A DNA stretch of 63,733 nt, the filler included, from Octopus bimaculoides (lineage: Eukaryota), in the NCBI RefSeq assembly GCF_001194135.2. It is 6 parts of 5 records of this genome, joined end to end, with 100 filler letters (N's around TTAATTAATTAA, not from the genome) between each part and the next. Parts side by side here need not be neighbours in the genome. Positions count along the whole stretch, not along the records: positions 1 to 20,428 come from NC_069007.1; 5 more parts are not named here. One strand, 5' to 3'. Positions within the stretch are counted from its first letter, which is position 1, and each line of letters starts with the position of its first letter. A model generated the notes under the pieces. The model saw nothing but the letters and a program-made list of their open reading frames with translations. It searched no databases and was not told where the DNA came from. A program made the position numbers and the translations under genes. Positions 1 through 13,477 of the stretch are shown piece after piece.

Positions 1-149
1 GTTCTCGACTAAAACCCCTTCAAAGCGGTGCCCCAGCATGGCCGCAGTCTAATGGCTGAAACGAGTAAAAGGTAAAATAATTGTTCATACACTGTGCGTC
101 CCCATCCTCCCCAAAACCCCTTCCTACATTATAAAGGTTGACAAATATT

Positions 150-340
150 GGTCTCAAATTTTGGCACAAGGCCAGCAATCTCTGAGGAGCGGCTAAGTCA
201 ATTACATCGACCCCAGTGTTCAACTGGTACTTATTTCATCGACCCCCGAAAGGACGAAAGGCAAAGTCGACCTCTGCAGAATTTGAACTCAGAACGTAAA
301 GACGGACGAAACGTCGCTAAGCATTTTATCCGGCATGCTA
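150..340 (-). mobile_element. SINE family A copy (tRNA-like head, GTTCAAATTCC B-box-like core)
   Basis: Shares the core gttctgagttcaaattccgccgaggtcgactttgcctttcatcctttcggggtcgat with many other copies in the window. Confidence 0.8.
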
Positions 341-398
341 AAATGTCAAACTCTATCAGGATAACAAAACCAAGAAAAATAGTAACAAGATTCCATAC

Positions 399-557
399 TT
401 CATGACTTTACTTTCACCAGTTCTTGTCTCCCAGTCTTCACACAGTTTTCGCTCTTCATTGTGAATGAGAGCCCGAAGAACCTGTAAACACTTGATGTTA
501 AGTTCATCCATTTCTTTCCGCTTTGCTTCATTCAGTCGGGTTTCTTTGGCAGAGATA
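399..557 (-). CDS. IP3R-like exon: ISAKETRLNEAKRKEMDELNIKCLQVLRALIHNEERKLCEDWETRTGESKVM(K)
   Basis: Acceptor ttcttccgcag, donor gtatgg; 159 nt, phase 2/2; IKCLQVLRALIHNEE motif. Confidence 0.9.
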
Positions 558-1080
558 CTGCGGAAGAATAACACAGAGAAAGAAACGAGTGTAAAAGAAA
601 GTTTCTAAAAAAACCGGTGACTTACCGTATTTGATGGCACAAAAGACGCACGGCCATATTAAACGCATCCCAATTTCAGCAACGAATATTCAGGAAAAAA
701 AGAAGCTTTTAGTGCATTAAAACGTAATATAGGCCCACCTTTATGTATAAGTCCCGGAGTGACTCTTTGAAACATATTTCGTCTTATATACCTTCTCTAT
801 CATACTGTTTCTTTTACCGCTTCTTGTTCATGTGTGAAGCTCGTATCGTCCCGTGTTCCTTATGATATGCAGTCAGTTTTCTTGTTAACACAACGGGTAT
901 AAAACTATTTTATCTCTAATTAATTCCACTCCTTTCTACCTTTTTCAGAAGATTGAGTCTATTGGAAACGTTGGATTTTCNNNNNNNNNNNNNNNNNNNN
1001 NNNNNNNNNNNNNNNNNNNNNNNNNNNNNNNNNNNNNNNNNNNNNNNNNNNNNNNNNNNNNNNNNNNNNNNNNNNNNNNN

Positions 1081-1127
<47 letters not shown>

Positions 1128-1864
1128 TGACTCACATGAAAGTCACACACATACACACAAGATGGTAAGTATTTAATTTCAAATTATTCTTTTCTGCCAT
1201 CTTCACGCGAAAATCTTTCCTTTTTGAAAGCTCTCTTTACTCACTTCCTCCAGAAACGAATTCTCGCAACCAGTTAATTACTTTCCATGTCGTTCACCCT
1301 GCTGTTGGTTCAGCCATCTCTCACCAGCAGAACCAGCGATGCACATCATACTTAAAACACAGAATCCTTCACGCATTTGACTATGCTGCATCTATCTATC
1401 GTTTAATTACGCCTCAGCGCATTGCTACGAGGTTTTCATTATAGAACGTCGTTACAACATTTAAGCGATATGACTCCGACTGTCTTCTGAATACACGAGC
1501 AATTACTGTACATTCTTAATCATCAGGCGATGGTCCGTTGCAATGTGAGTAATAGATTTGTGTATTCGACACACCTGTGCAACCGCAAATTTGTGTGTTA
1601 TACACCTGTAATTAAATACATGTTACTATATTGTGGTTGGCAGTCTTGTTCACATTAGGTAGGCTCTGTCTGTCTGTCTGTCTCTCATGCTCTGTCCCCC
1701 CTCTCTCTCTCTTTCGTGCCCTGGATTTACGTCATGTCTGATGCGCCCAACGTTTCCCGTATTCCAAGCATGTCGTTATGTTATATTACTATTTCATCAT
1801 CGTCATCATCATCATCATGGTCGGTGCCATCGTCATCGTCATCATTTACGTCACCGTCATCGTC

Positions 1865-1899
<35 letters not shown>

Positions 1900-4447
1900 T
1901 GTCACCATTACCACCCTCGTCATAGTACTCCACCAAAACCACCACCACCACCACCACCANNNNNNNNNNNNNNNNNNNNNNNNNNNNNNNNNNNNNNNNN
2001 NNNNNNNNNNNNNNNNNNNNNNNNNNNNNNNNNNNNNNNNNNNNNNNNNNNNNNNNNNNNNNNNNNNNNNNNNNNNNNNNNNNNNNNNNNNNNNNNNNNN
2101 NNNNNNNNNNNNNNNNNNNNNNNNNNNNNNNNNNNNNNNNNNNNNNNNNNNNNNNNNNNNNNNNNNNNNNNNNNNNNNNNNNNNNNNNNNNNNNNNNNNN
2201 NNNNNNNNNNNNNNNNNNNNNNNNNNNNNNNNNNNNNNNNNNNNNNNNNNNNNNNNNNNNNNNNNNNNNNNNNNNNNNNNNNNNNNNNNNNNNNNNNNNN
2301 NNNNNNNNNNNNNNNNNNNNNNNNNNNNNNNNNNNNNNNNNNNNNNNNNNNNNNNNNNNNNNNNNNNNNNNNNNNNNNNNNNNNNNNNNNNNNNNNNNNN
2401 NNNNNNNNNNNNNNNNNNNNNNNNNNNNNNNNNNNNNNNNNNNNNNNNNNNNNNNNNNNNNNNNNNNNNNNNNNNNNNNNNNNNNNNNNNNNNNNNNNNA
2501 AGCAAAAATGAAAATGCCACTTTTTAAAAAAATTAGGTGTTCTAATTAATTTACATTACATGTTTCGGTTTTGTTTGAAAAACCTTATCAAAAATGAATA
2601 TAAAATATGCGAGAAGAGAAGAGGGCTATTTTAATAAAATAAAATTGAAATTAAAATTAAGAATAACGTTCATAGTTTACTGTTATTTCTTGCATGCGCA
2701 CGTGGTCCTTTCGTTCTGTTCTGGAGGCGTAGTAAGTTCAACTCGCTGCGATAGTAAATTACTACTATCTGTTTTTGTAAATTATATATATATATATATA
2801 TATGGAATGTCATACGGGAAGTGAATAGGGTTAGAGTTTTTCAGCACAATAGAGGGGTCATGTACTTGTGAAAACATGCATAGGAGCACGTTGGAGCGTA
2901 TGAAGGGGACAAATATATAATATGTGAAGTCAAGGAAGGAAAAGACACAGCGCAAAAGTGGCGAAAAACAAAGAAACAATATGGATATAAGTGTGTGTAC
3001 AATGAACACACACACACCACGCACATATACCGGGCGCAAGCATCAGTGAGGTTCTGAAGTTTGCTCTAAAAAGCATGTGTGTTTTCTTCCATACGCTCGG
3101 AGGCTTATTTGTGCTGGGCTGGATTCGAACTTGGAACATTTGCGGTTAAACCTACGAGAAATAGTCTTACCGAGTTTGGCATGTTGGAGACAGGAACGAC
3201 AGCTGTGATACAGTTGACCATGTTCTTCATATGTTCTGCTTTGTATAGAAGAGGACCAATAACTTCGCAGAACATCTGCACAAAAGGAAAAAATAAAGCA
3301 ATATTATTATTATTATCATTATTCAGTAGTTTTATTTTTATAACGTGCTTTCACTTCACTACCGAGCGCAGCTCTGTGCGCCTTGGGTATGTGCTGTGGT
3401 TTGCTGTGGTGCTCTTATGTTTACTGTATTGAAAGTGTTTTGCGTAGAATGTGTGCAGTACCCAATAGTGCAAATTTCTGTATGTTATATATATTTGTAA
3501 GTCCTGGTGTTTTTGTTATGTATTTGTCTGAATATTTTTTTATTATACCTAAGGCACCTACTATGATAGGAATTGTTTCTGTTTTTAGATTCCACATTCG
3601 AGTTATCTCTATTTCCAGGTCTTTGTATTTTGAAAGTTTTTCCATTTCTTTTAGAGAAACGTTGTCATCTGCTGGTATTGATACATCAATTAGAAAGCAT
3701 TTTTTTTCTTCATGGTCTTTGACAACTATATCTGGTCTATTTGCCTTAATTTCTCTATCTGTGTGTATTGGCATATCCCAGAGATTAATTTTAGGATAAA
3801 TTGAAGCAATCACTAAAGTCCCTACAGCTTAATTTAATATCTTGGAAATGTTGTTGCCTAAGTCGATCTGAGTGGTGTACAAAGTGTCATGTCGCATCTA
3901 AACAATTTGAATTCGTTGACCAAGAGGAACTTACCGACTGCTTACAGGTATAGATCAGTGGCTCTCAACCGGAATCTGTATGGCCCCTGAGGGTTCATAT
4001 AAGATTTTGGGGGGCCCACGAAACAAAATACGTAAATTGTGGATTCCCAATAGTGTTTTAAGAGCCCCTGAAAAAAATTTGCTTTAGATGTACGTGTCGG
4101 TATGTATTGCAAGGAACAACTAGATTTCTTTCTCTTACATTTTACAGAGTTCAACCAACGCAAGTGAATGTGCGAAAAACAAAATGAGAATTTTGAAAGA
4201 AGTTTCTATAAAACTAGTTTTTAAATATTCTTTTCTGCTCTAGGTACAAGGCCCGACATTTTAGAGGAAGGGGCCAGTCGATTAGACCCTGAAAGGACAA
4301 AAGGCAAAGTTGACCTCGGCGGAATTTGAACTCCGAACGTCAAGACAGACGAAATACCACTAAGTATCTCGTCCAGCGTGCTAACGTTTCTGCCAGCTCA
4401 CCGCCTTTTTGTATAGATAGATTTATCTATCTATGTATCTATCTATG

Positions 4448-4487
<40 letters not shown>

Positions 4488-4525
4488 CGTCTGTCTGTCT
4501 GTCTGTCGATTAATATATTTATCTA

Positions 4526-4565
<40 letters not shown>

Positions 4566-4675
4566 TGTGTGTGTTTGTGTGTGTGTGTGTGCTTATACCA
4601 TGTACGGCTAGACAGATATACAGAGTGTAGATAAATACATTTACACAGACATATACGCACGTGCATATATTCATC

Positions 4676-4722
<47 letters not shown>

Positions 4723-7700
4723 TACACACACACAGAGACAAACACACACATACGCAAACACACACACAGACACATAGGCATACAAACAAACTGACACACA
4801 CACACACAAACACAGATTGTACTGTTGACAGACACCCCCGAAACTTGAAAAACATACTGCAAATAGCTTCCCCGACAGCTCCCCCGCCTCTACTCCACAG
4901 TAAATTTGTAGACTCACAACATATGTTTTATCTCGAGATAGGTTAATACGTTTGATGACGTATAACTTCACATAATTCATTGTTAATGAGGGCAAAATGA
5001 AGACGAAATAGAAATACATGGGGTCACCGAGCTACTCAGAGTTTGTCTCTTGATCATCGCCAGAAATCTCATTAGTACATAGTTTTGATGACATTTAATC
5101 TAGATTACTTCTAGCATTTTTACATGATTAATTATCTAAGCAATTAAAGATTTTTGTCTTTGCTTTGATGGATCTAGGCTAAGTCCATCTTGGGAGGGTT
5201 CACCTCTCTCTTCCATGTTAAGTAAGAGACTAGCTTACATGGCAATCGACACCTTCGTAAAATCATTATAACAGGGGTTACCTGTCCACCATGTTAAGGG
5301 ATTAGCCAATATGACTGAGCCGATACCCACAACGTGTTACGCCATAGAATGTCGACATACCGGGGTTTATTTCTCCCCCATGTTAAATAAGGGACTAGTA
5401 AACATGGTGGAAATATATCACCAACATGTGGTTATAAACTCTGTATTGTTAAACCGGCTGAGCAACATTGATTTGAATTTCGATAATAAACCTAAAGAAT
5501 TACTCTTAACCGGTTATAGGTTCGGTCCCACATGTGGGCCAAGCCACTCCCCTCCTACCCTTCTCCCCAAACACTTACAGACCGGCACTCATTCTGTTTC
5601 ATCTACTACTCAGTGAATCCTCTCCTCGGATTTGACATTCCTCTGCAACTTCCAATTTCTGCTCTCTGACATTTTAACTACTCGGATCTTCCCTGCAGCA
5701 TCCCAGCTCAGCGATCATCTAATTAAAAACTTCTCACCTCTTATCCATAGCTAACTCGGAACTTTCACGAGAATTCATCGCAGATACAACCTATGTCCCT
5801 AGTCTGTCTGTCTATCTATCTGTACAAAACAGCATGTAAAAAAACAATATCACATATACACGTTCTCTCTCTGTTTCTCAAACACACACACATTCACACA
5901 CAAACATACACGCACATACATACAGTCACTCCCCTTTTCTCGCTCTCAAGCACACCCACAGTCTCTCCCCTTCCCTCTCTCTCCACCTTTCTCTCTCCCT
6001 CCTCTCTCTCTCCCTCCCTCCCTCCCACTCTCACACGCATATATCCACAAAACCGCTTACCACTACAGCTTTGGCCAGATGGTCTGTGTCATCTACTTCA
6101 TTACCAAAAGCATCGTTGTCGGGGAAATAAAAGTGTTTGTAAAATGTTGNNNNNNNNNNNNNNNNNNNNNNNNNNNNNNNNNNNNNNNNNNNNNNNNNNN
6201 NNNNNNNNNNNNNNNNNNNNNNNNNNNNNNNNNNNNNNNNNNNNNNNNNNNNNNNNNNNNNNNNNNNNNNNNNNNNNNNNNNNNNNNNNNNNNNNNNNNN
6301 NNNNNNNNNNNNNNNNNNNNNNNNNNNNNNNNNNNNNNNNNNNNNNNNNNNNNNNNNNNNNNNNNNNNNNNNNNNNNNNNNNNNNNNNNNNNNNNNNNNN
6401 NNNNNNNNNNNNNNNNNNNNNNNNNNNNNNNNNNNNNNNNNNNNNNNNNNNNNNNNNNNNNNNNNNNNNNNNNNNNNNNNNNNNNNNNNNNNNNNNNNNN
6501 NNNNNNNNNNNNNNNNNNNNNNNNNNNNNNNNNNNNNNNNNNNNNNNNNNNNNNNNNNNNNNNNNNNNNNNNNNNNNNNNNNNNNNNNNNNNNNNNNNNN
6601 NNNNNNNNNNNNNNNNNNNNNNNNNNNNNNNNNNNNNNNNNNNNNNNNNNNNNNNNNNNNNNNNNNNNNNNNNNNNNNNNNNNNNNNNNNNNNNNNNNNN
6701 NNNNNNNNNNNNNNNNNNNNNNNNNNNNNNNNNNNNNNNNNNNNNNNNNNNNNNNNNNNNNNNNNNNNNNNNNNNNNNNNNNNNNNNNNNNNNNNNNNNN
6801 NNNNNNNNNNNNNNNNNNNNNNNNNNNNNNNNNNNNNNNNNNNNNNNNNNNNNNNNNNNNNNNNNNNNNNNNNNNNNNNNNNNNNNNNNNNNNNNNNNNN
6901 NNNNNNNNNNNNNNNNNNNNNNNNNNNNNNNNNNNNNNNNNNNNNNNNNNNNNNNNNNNNNNNNNNNNNNNNNNNNNNNTTTTTTGATTTCGGCATTTAC
7001 CAAGAAATAGAAAACAATAAAAACAGTGACCAGAACTAAAAGACGACTATGCGATGTCATAACATACCGTGATGTGACGTTGTGTGACGTGTTATGATGT
7101 TGCATGTAGTGACGTAATATATTGCGCTGTGACGTGTTATGACGTTGCATGTAGTGACGTAATATATTGCGGTGTGACGTGTTATGACGTTGTACGTTGT
7201 GACACAATCTACTCTGATGTGACGTAATATATTTATTTTTTTATTTTATTTTATTTTCAAAAATTTTTTTTATTGCCCACAGGAGGCTAAACAGAGAGAG
7301 GACAAACAAGTACAGACGAAGGGATTAAGTCGATTGCATCGACCCCAGTGCGTAACTGGTACTTATTTAATCAACCCCGAGAGGATGAAAGGCAAAGTTG
7401 ACCTCGGCGGAATTTGAACTCAGAACGTAACGGCAGACGAAATACCGCTAGGCATTTCGCCCGGTGTGCTGACGATTCTGCAAGTTCGCCGACGTTTTAG
7501 GATGTGAGACATTGATTATGATCGTGGTAAGTTATGACGTTGTGCTTTATGATGAGACATTGTTATGCAACATCATAATGACGTCGGGTCTTATGATGTG
7601 TGACACATAATCTGGTGTGTTATAATACGGCATGTGATGACGTGTGTTACGACGTCGCATGTTATGATGTGCGATGTTACGCTCTAACACTATTATGGGG

Positions 7701-9636
7701 TAGATTAGGTTTTGAAATAAATATGACACCGTGAGTTGTAATATGCTAAGTTATGATGATAATGATGATGATGATGATGATGTTGGTGACATGATGATGA
7801 CGACGATGGTGACCACCACGACGATGGTGATGACAATAAATACATCAACAATAAACAAATAAATACATCGATGACATTGATAACATTAAGCGGAAATAGA
7901 TAAACAAAATATTCACGGATCATGTGGTAGTTCTCCAATCCCAGTCTCAACAACTGCGACAGAATTCTTCATGTAGACATGATGTAAGCAACGCAAGAAT
8001 GGTTTCTTCAAAGAGTTGTCGATTCTTTGGTTGTTGAGAACAAAAAGCAAATCGTCAAACGGCAAAATTGTTTGACACAAAGATTCTATGAACATATTTT
8101 CGCCCTGGGGTCGAGAAATAACGAAAAATTGTTAATAACAAATAAAATAAAAAATAAAATAGCATCAACGTTAAATGAATATTAAAAAATTAAAATTGCT
8201 ATCTGTGTATCACATTTAATGTATACACACCCAATAGGCCATTTATTGCTGTATTTGTCCTGTTATGGAGGTGCTGTGATAAAACCGCAATAGATATCAG
8301 GCTCGGACGAGAATTATTCGGTGTCCTTGATATAAGAAAAAGCAAATAAAGCATTCACTGATGTTGCGAATAGTTGTCCAGCTGAATAAAAATCCGGTAT
8401 ACGCAACCGATGTCGTATTAAATCAAAATAGCCTTTTATCCAACTATGTACCAAACTTCAAGTATATACACTGTCGACAGGCCAGTTACAATTGTATTTG
8501 TCTTGAGATAACATTTATTATAATGGACATACTGTGTTAAAAACAATAAATATCAAAGACGAAGATGAAAATTCGTCGCACACACACACCCGTACACACA
8601 CACAAACCAAACAAAGAGAAAGTAGATAAACGGAGTAAGACAAAAGCACTCACCTCTGCGCATGTTGCCAGCAAGTCTAGAAGGCTGATATAATAGCGCA
8701 ATGTTTCCATCATCGATGGATTCAACAAAATCTTTTCTCTCGAAAAGAAAAGAGAAAAAGAAAAAGAAAAAAATCAACATATTTTCTTCAAATGATGTTA
8801 ATTGGAACATTTAGATATATTATGATAGAGTAATTGCTATTCGGAATTGATTCTCGAAGTACATAAAGCTATAGATAATGATTTCAAATTTTGGGTTCGA
8901 GGCCAGCAATTTCCGAGGAAGAGTGAGAGAAAGTTGTGGTAAAAGAGTACAGCAGGGTTCGCCACCATCCCCTGCCGGAGCCTCGTGGAACTTTAGGTGT
9001 TTTTGCTCAATAAACACTCACAACGGCCGGTCTGAGAATCGAAACCGCGATCCTATGACCGCGAGTCCGCTGCCCTAACCACTGGGCCATTGCGCCTCCA
9101 CTAGCATGAAACTAATTGGAGCTCATTTCTAAATACTATTTCTTTCATCTTCGATCTCATTCTTTATTTACATTAGGTGTCTCGGGTACGAAACGTCGTA
9201 ACAAAAACTAGTGCTGGCCCTAATTTCTATAGAATCTTTACTCTTTTACTCTTTTACNNNNNNNNNNNNNNNNNNNNNNNNNNNNNNNNNNNNNNNNNNN
9301 NNNNNNNNNNNNNNNNNNNNNNNNNNNNNNNNNNNNNNNNNNNNNNNNNNNNNNNNNNNNNNNNNNNNNNNNNNNNNNNNNNNNNNNNNNNNNNNNNNNN
9401 NNNNNNNNNNNNNNNNNNNNNNNNNNNNNNNNNNNNNNNNNNNNNNNNNNNNNNNNNNNNNNNNNNNNNNNNNNNNNNNNNNNNNNNNNNNNNNNNNNNN
9501 NNNNNNNNNNNNNNNNNNNNNNNNNNNNNNNNNNNNNNNNNNNNNNNNNNNNNNNNNNNNNNNNNNNNNNNNNNNNNNNNNNNNNNNNNNNNNNNNNNNN
9601 NNNNNNNNNNNNNNNNNNNNNNNNNNNNNNNNNNNN

Positions 9637-9671
<35 letters not shown>

Positions 9672-12600
9672 CATATATACGACGGGCTTCTTTCAGTTTC
9701 CGTCTACCAAATCCACTCACAAGGCTTTGGTCGGCCCGAGGCTATAGTAGAAGACACTTGCCCAAGGTGCCACGCAGTGGGACTGAACCCAGGACCATGA
9801 GGCTGGTAAGCAAGCTACTTACCACACAGCCACTCCTGCGCCTATTTGTAGAGATAATCCTAACAAATAAATGATATTTATCTCTCACTGGATGGAATAC
9901 TTTTTATACTGATCCTAACTATAATGTACCTTCAAACTATATATATTATTTTACATACCTATTATCGCGGGTGAGATCCAAGACGAAGGCGACTTTCTTA
10001 TAATTTTGCATTATGTATTTCATTACGTACGCTTGGTTGCGTTTAAGTGTGAGCCCTGTGCCGAAAACTTTCACAATCATTGTAAGCAGATCAAGAAATT
10101 GTGGGGCTTTCTCCTGCAGATCAGCTGCTCGATTAACGATTTTCTGGATTTGGCGGGGATGTATTTTCAAGCATGTTGCTTGATTGCCAGCAAATACCTT
10201 GTCAAAGAAAAAAAAAAAAGAAAAGAACAACAACAACAGTTAAGGAATAATAACAATTTTAATGNNNNNNNNNNNNNNNNNNNNNNNNNNNNNNNNNNNN
10301 NNNNNNNNNNNNNNNNNNNNNNNNNNNNNNNNNNNNNNNNNNNNNNNNNNNNNNNNNNNNNNNNNNNNNNNNNNNNNNNNNNNNNNNNNNNNNNNNNNNN
10401 NNNNNNNNNNNNNNNNNNNNNNNNNNNNNNNNNNNNNNNNNNNNNNNNNNNNNNNNNNNNNNNNNNNNNNNNNNNNNNNNNNNNNNNNNNNNNNNNNNNN
10501 NNNNNNNNNNNNNNNNNNNNNNNNNNNNNNNNNNNNNNNNNNNNNNNNNNNNNNNNNNNNNNNNNNNNNNNNNNNNNNNGGTGGCGGTGGTGGTGGGTGA
10601 TGATGGTGGGTGATGATGGTGGTGGAGGTTTGAAAACGTAACCGTGAAAGCTACATGAAAGGGTGTAGGAAAAGCGTAACTGACCTCCTTTAATGCTACG
10701 GCAAGGTCCGATTCGGCCACTCGGACATCAAGTAATACATCAAGTCTGTCGAAAATATGTGTCTGTACCGTGTTGTTCTCCTTCGCTAATAACCTTAACA
10801 GATACAAGGTTTTTCGAAACACTTCTTTCATCCCGCCATATTGATCTATCTGCAAACGAAAAATAAAAAAAAAAACCCAAAACATACATAAAAGTATGCG
10901 AAAGCAGAATAAAATATGAGATTTAGTTTGTCTTATTATTATTGTAGCATTACAAATTACATAGTCTTTACACGTGTTTCACTAGTATGTTGTACGGTAT
11001 TGTTACGTAATCGTTTGTATAATCATTTTAAAACGCCAGATCTTCAGAAGAAAAGAGTAATTCAATCCATTGTTACAATGTTAAAGTATTCGCGTTCGGG
11101 GTTAATGTTGTGATTTCAGTCAGTCATACACCATGGGAACCGTATATCCGGTTTTATGAGTCCTAAGACTCAAGATAGGATTGTCCAGGAATTGAGGACG
11201 ATAAAATACTCACCAGTAGTTTGGTATCTATGTCTTGACATAAGACATCAAACAAAATTTCCAGAATTCCTGCAGCGAAACAAAAGAGAAATTCTTAGAC
11301 AAGAAAGATATATATATAATTAAAGGATTACGGAGACGTAAACAAACCAACATCAGTTGTGAAGCAGAGGGTTGGGTTGGAGGGTGGCCGTCAAACACAC
11401 ACAAAACTCACAAAATACATGCACACACATACATTCACATACACACACATACACACACACACACACAGACACACACACACACACGACAAAATTCTTTCAG
11501 TTTCCGCCAGCCAAATCCACTCACAAGGTTTTGGACAGCCTCGGGCTACAGTTGACGACACTTGCCTAAAGTACCACGCAGTAGGACTGAACTCGGAACC
11601 ATGTGGTTGGGAAGCAAACTTCTTAGTAAGCAGCCACTCCTACGCCTCGAAAAGAATGAGTTTCCATGCCGGGGATCGAACATGAACTGCTAGGGTGAAA
11701 ACCATGATCGATATACCAATTACTGGTTCCTCGGATTTCTGGCTTTGATAGGACGAAGCAGTTTATGGAAATCTGCGAACCGCAGCAGGGATCTACACTG
11801 GCGAACGTGATGAACTTAAGTTCGAGACTCGGGATCGACTAATACATCGTGGGGCAGAAGAGGAATGGGTTGTTTCAGTTATTTGTACTTACCGTTGCTG
11901 ATTAAAATATTCTGATTCATAGGATGTGGTTCATCTGGGGTCATTGGCAGGTGACAGAACCTGGAGAAACAACGGTGAGAAGTTCAATACTCGATAGAGT
12001 ATGATCCACATATATTTACTTTGGATAGAATAACACAAAAGCACACACAAACACGTACATACATACATACATACATACATACATACATACATACATACAT
12101 ACACATACATGCATACATACACATACACACACATACAGCCAAAGTGCTGGACTTACTCTGCCAAATCATCCAGTATACTGCCCATCAGTTTCACTTGCTG
12201 ACCGTCCAGTTTGGCTCTGGCCAATCGTCGTAAGATGGGCATATTTTTGAGGACTTCTCGGTGAACTCGCGCCGAGTCTTGTGTTAGAAGGACCTGGAAG
12301 AAAGTAGAGAAAGAAAGACAGTGAGTGAGTGAGAGGGATAGAAAGATGGAGAGAGGGAGAGAGTTGAGTGAGTGGGAGAGAGAGAGGTATGAGTGAGGGA
12401 GGGATAGAAAGACAGAGAGAGAAAGAGAGTTGTGAGTGAGAGAGAAGTGAGAGAGAGAGAAAGAAAAAGGTGCGAGCGAGAGAGAAGTGAAAGTGAGAGA
12501 GGTGAGAGCGAGAGAGAAAGAGAGAAATGAAAGTGAGAGAGGTGAGAGTGAGAGAGAGAAGTGAATGTGAGACAGAGAAGTGAATGTGAGAGAGAGAGAG

Positions 12601-13283
12601 ATGTTAGAGTGAGAAAGGTGAGAGTTGGGATGAAGGAGAGAGAGAGAGAGAGAGAGAGGGGGGTGAGAGAAGTGAGAAGGATGGAGGAAGAGAGGGAGGG
12701 AATGAGGAGAGAATGGAAGAGAGAAAGTAGGAAAGAAGGATAGAAAGAAGAAGGGGAGAGTGAAACAAAAATGAAGTTATGAACAACATAGATTAGTTCT
12801 CCGCTATAAAATCACACACACAAATCTCAAATACACACCAACACACATCGTAATCCCCATTACTACCACCACAAACCCCACTTCCATCTCACTCACCCTG
12901 ACCTTAACCCTCAAAGATGAAGAACTCAATACCGTCGCTTACCTGTACTTTCATTGATAATTTAAACATATTGGATTTCGAAGAGTACAGTTTGTTTAGG
13001 ATGTTAAGGGACTTCGTTATTGTCTTGTTGTATTTGTAATTGGCCAAATCCTAGAATGAATCCGAAAAAATGGATTAGAATCATGTTAAAAGAATTACAA
13101 AACAATACACACTCGTTTCAAGTCTGCGGCCTGTATTGGCATTTGGCGCATGCGTTCTTATACTGTTGCTTTATACTACAACAAATAAGTATACGATCGT
13201 TTTAAAGTCCCTGGCTTGCATGAACACCTAGCGCATGCGTACTCATGCTATCATCATTATCATCGTCGTTGTTATCGTCATCG

Positions 13284-13318
<35 letters not shown>

Positions 13319-13436
13319 GTCATCATCGTCATCATCATCATCGTCATCATCGTCATCAGCGACATCATCGTCATCGTCATCATCGTCATCATCATCATCA
13401 TCATCATCGTCAACATCGTCATCAGCGACATCATCG

Positions 13437-13477
<41 letters not shown>

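Noticed and set aside
1245-1350. Candidate missing IP3R-like exon with AG and GT ends
   Set aside because: Stops occur in all frames for the strong donor, and the alternative reading shows no IP3R similarity.
2930-3150. ORF MFQVRIQPSTNKPP... as an additional exon
   Set aside because: Its acceptor is only ~19 nt from the previous donor and it has no homology.
8553-8810. ORF frame DFVESIDDGNIALLYQPSRLAGNMRR as the coding frame
   Set aside because: The overlapping frame MMETLRYYISLLDLLATCAE carries the IP3R motif and fits the splice phases.
9025-9096. Possible tRNA gene on the minus strand
   Set aside because: A and B boxes are present but the acceptor and T stems do not close properly and the sequence continues into a SINE body.
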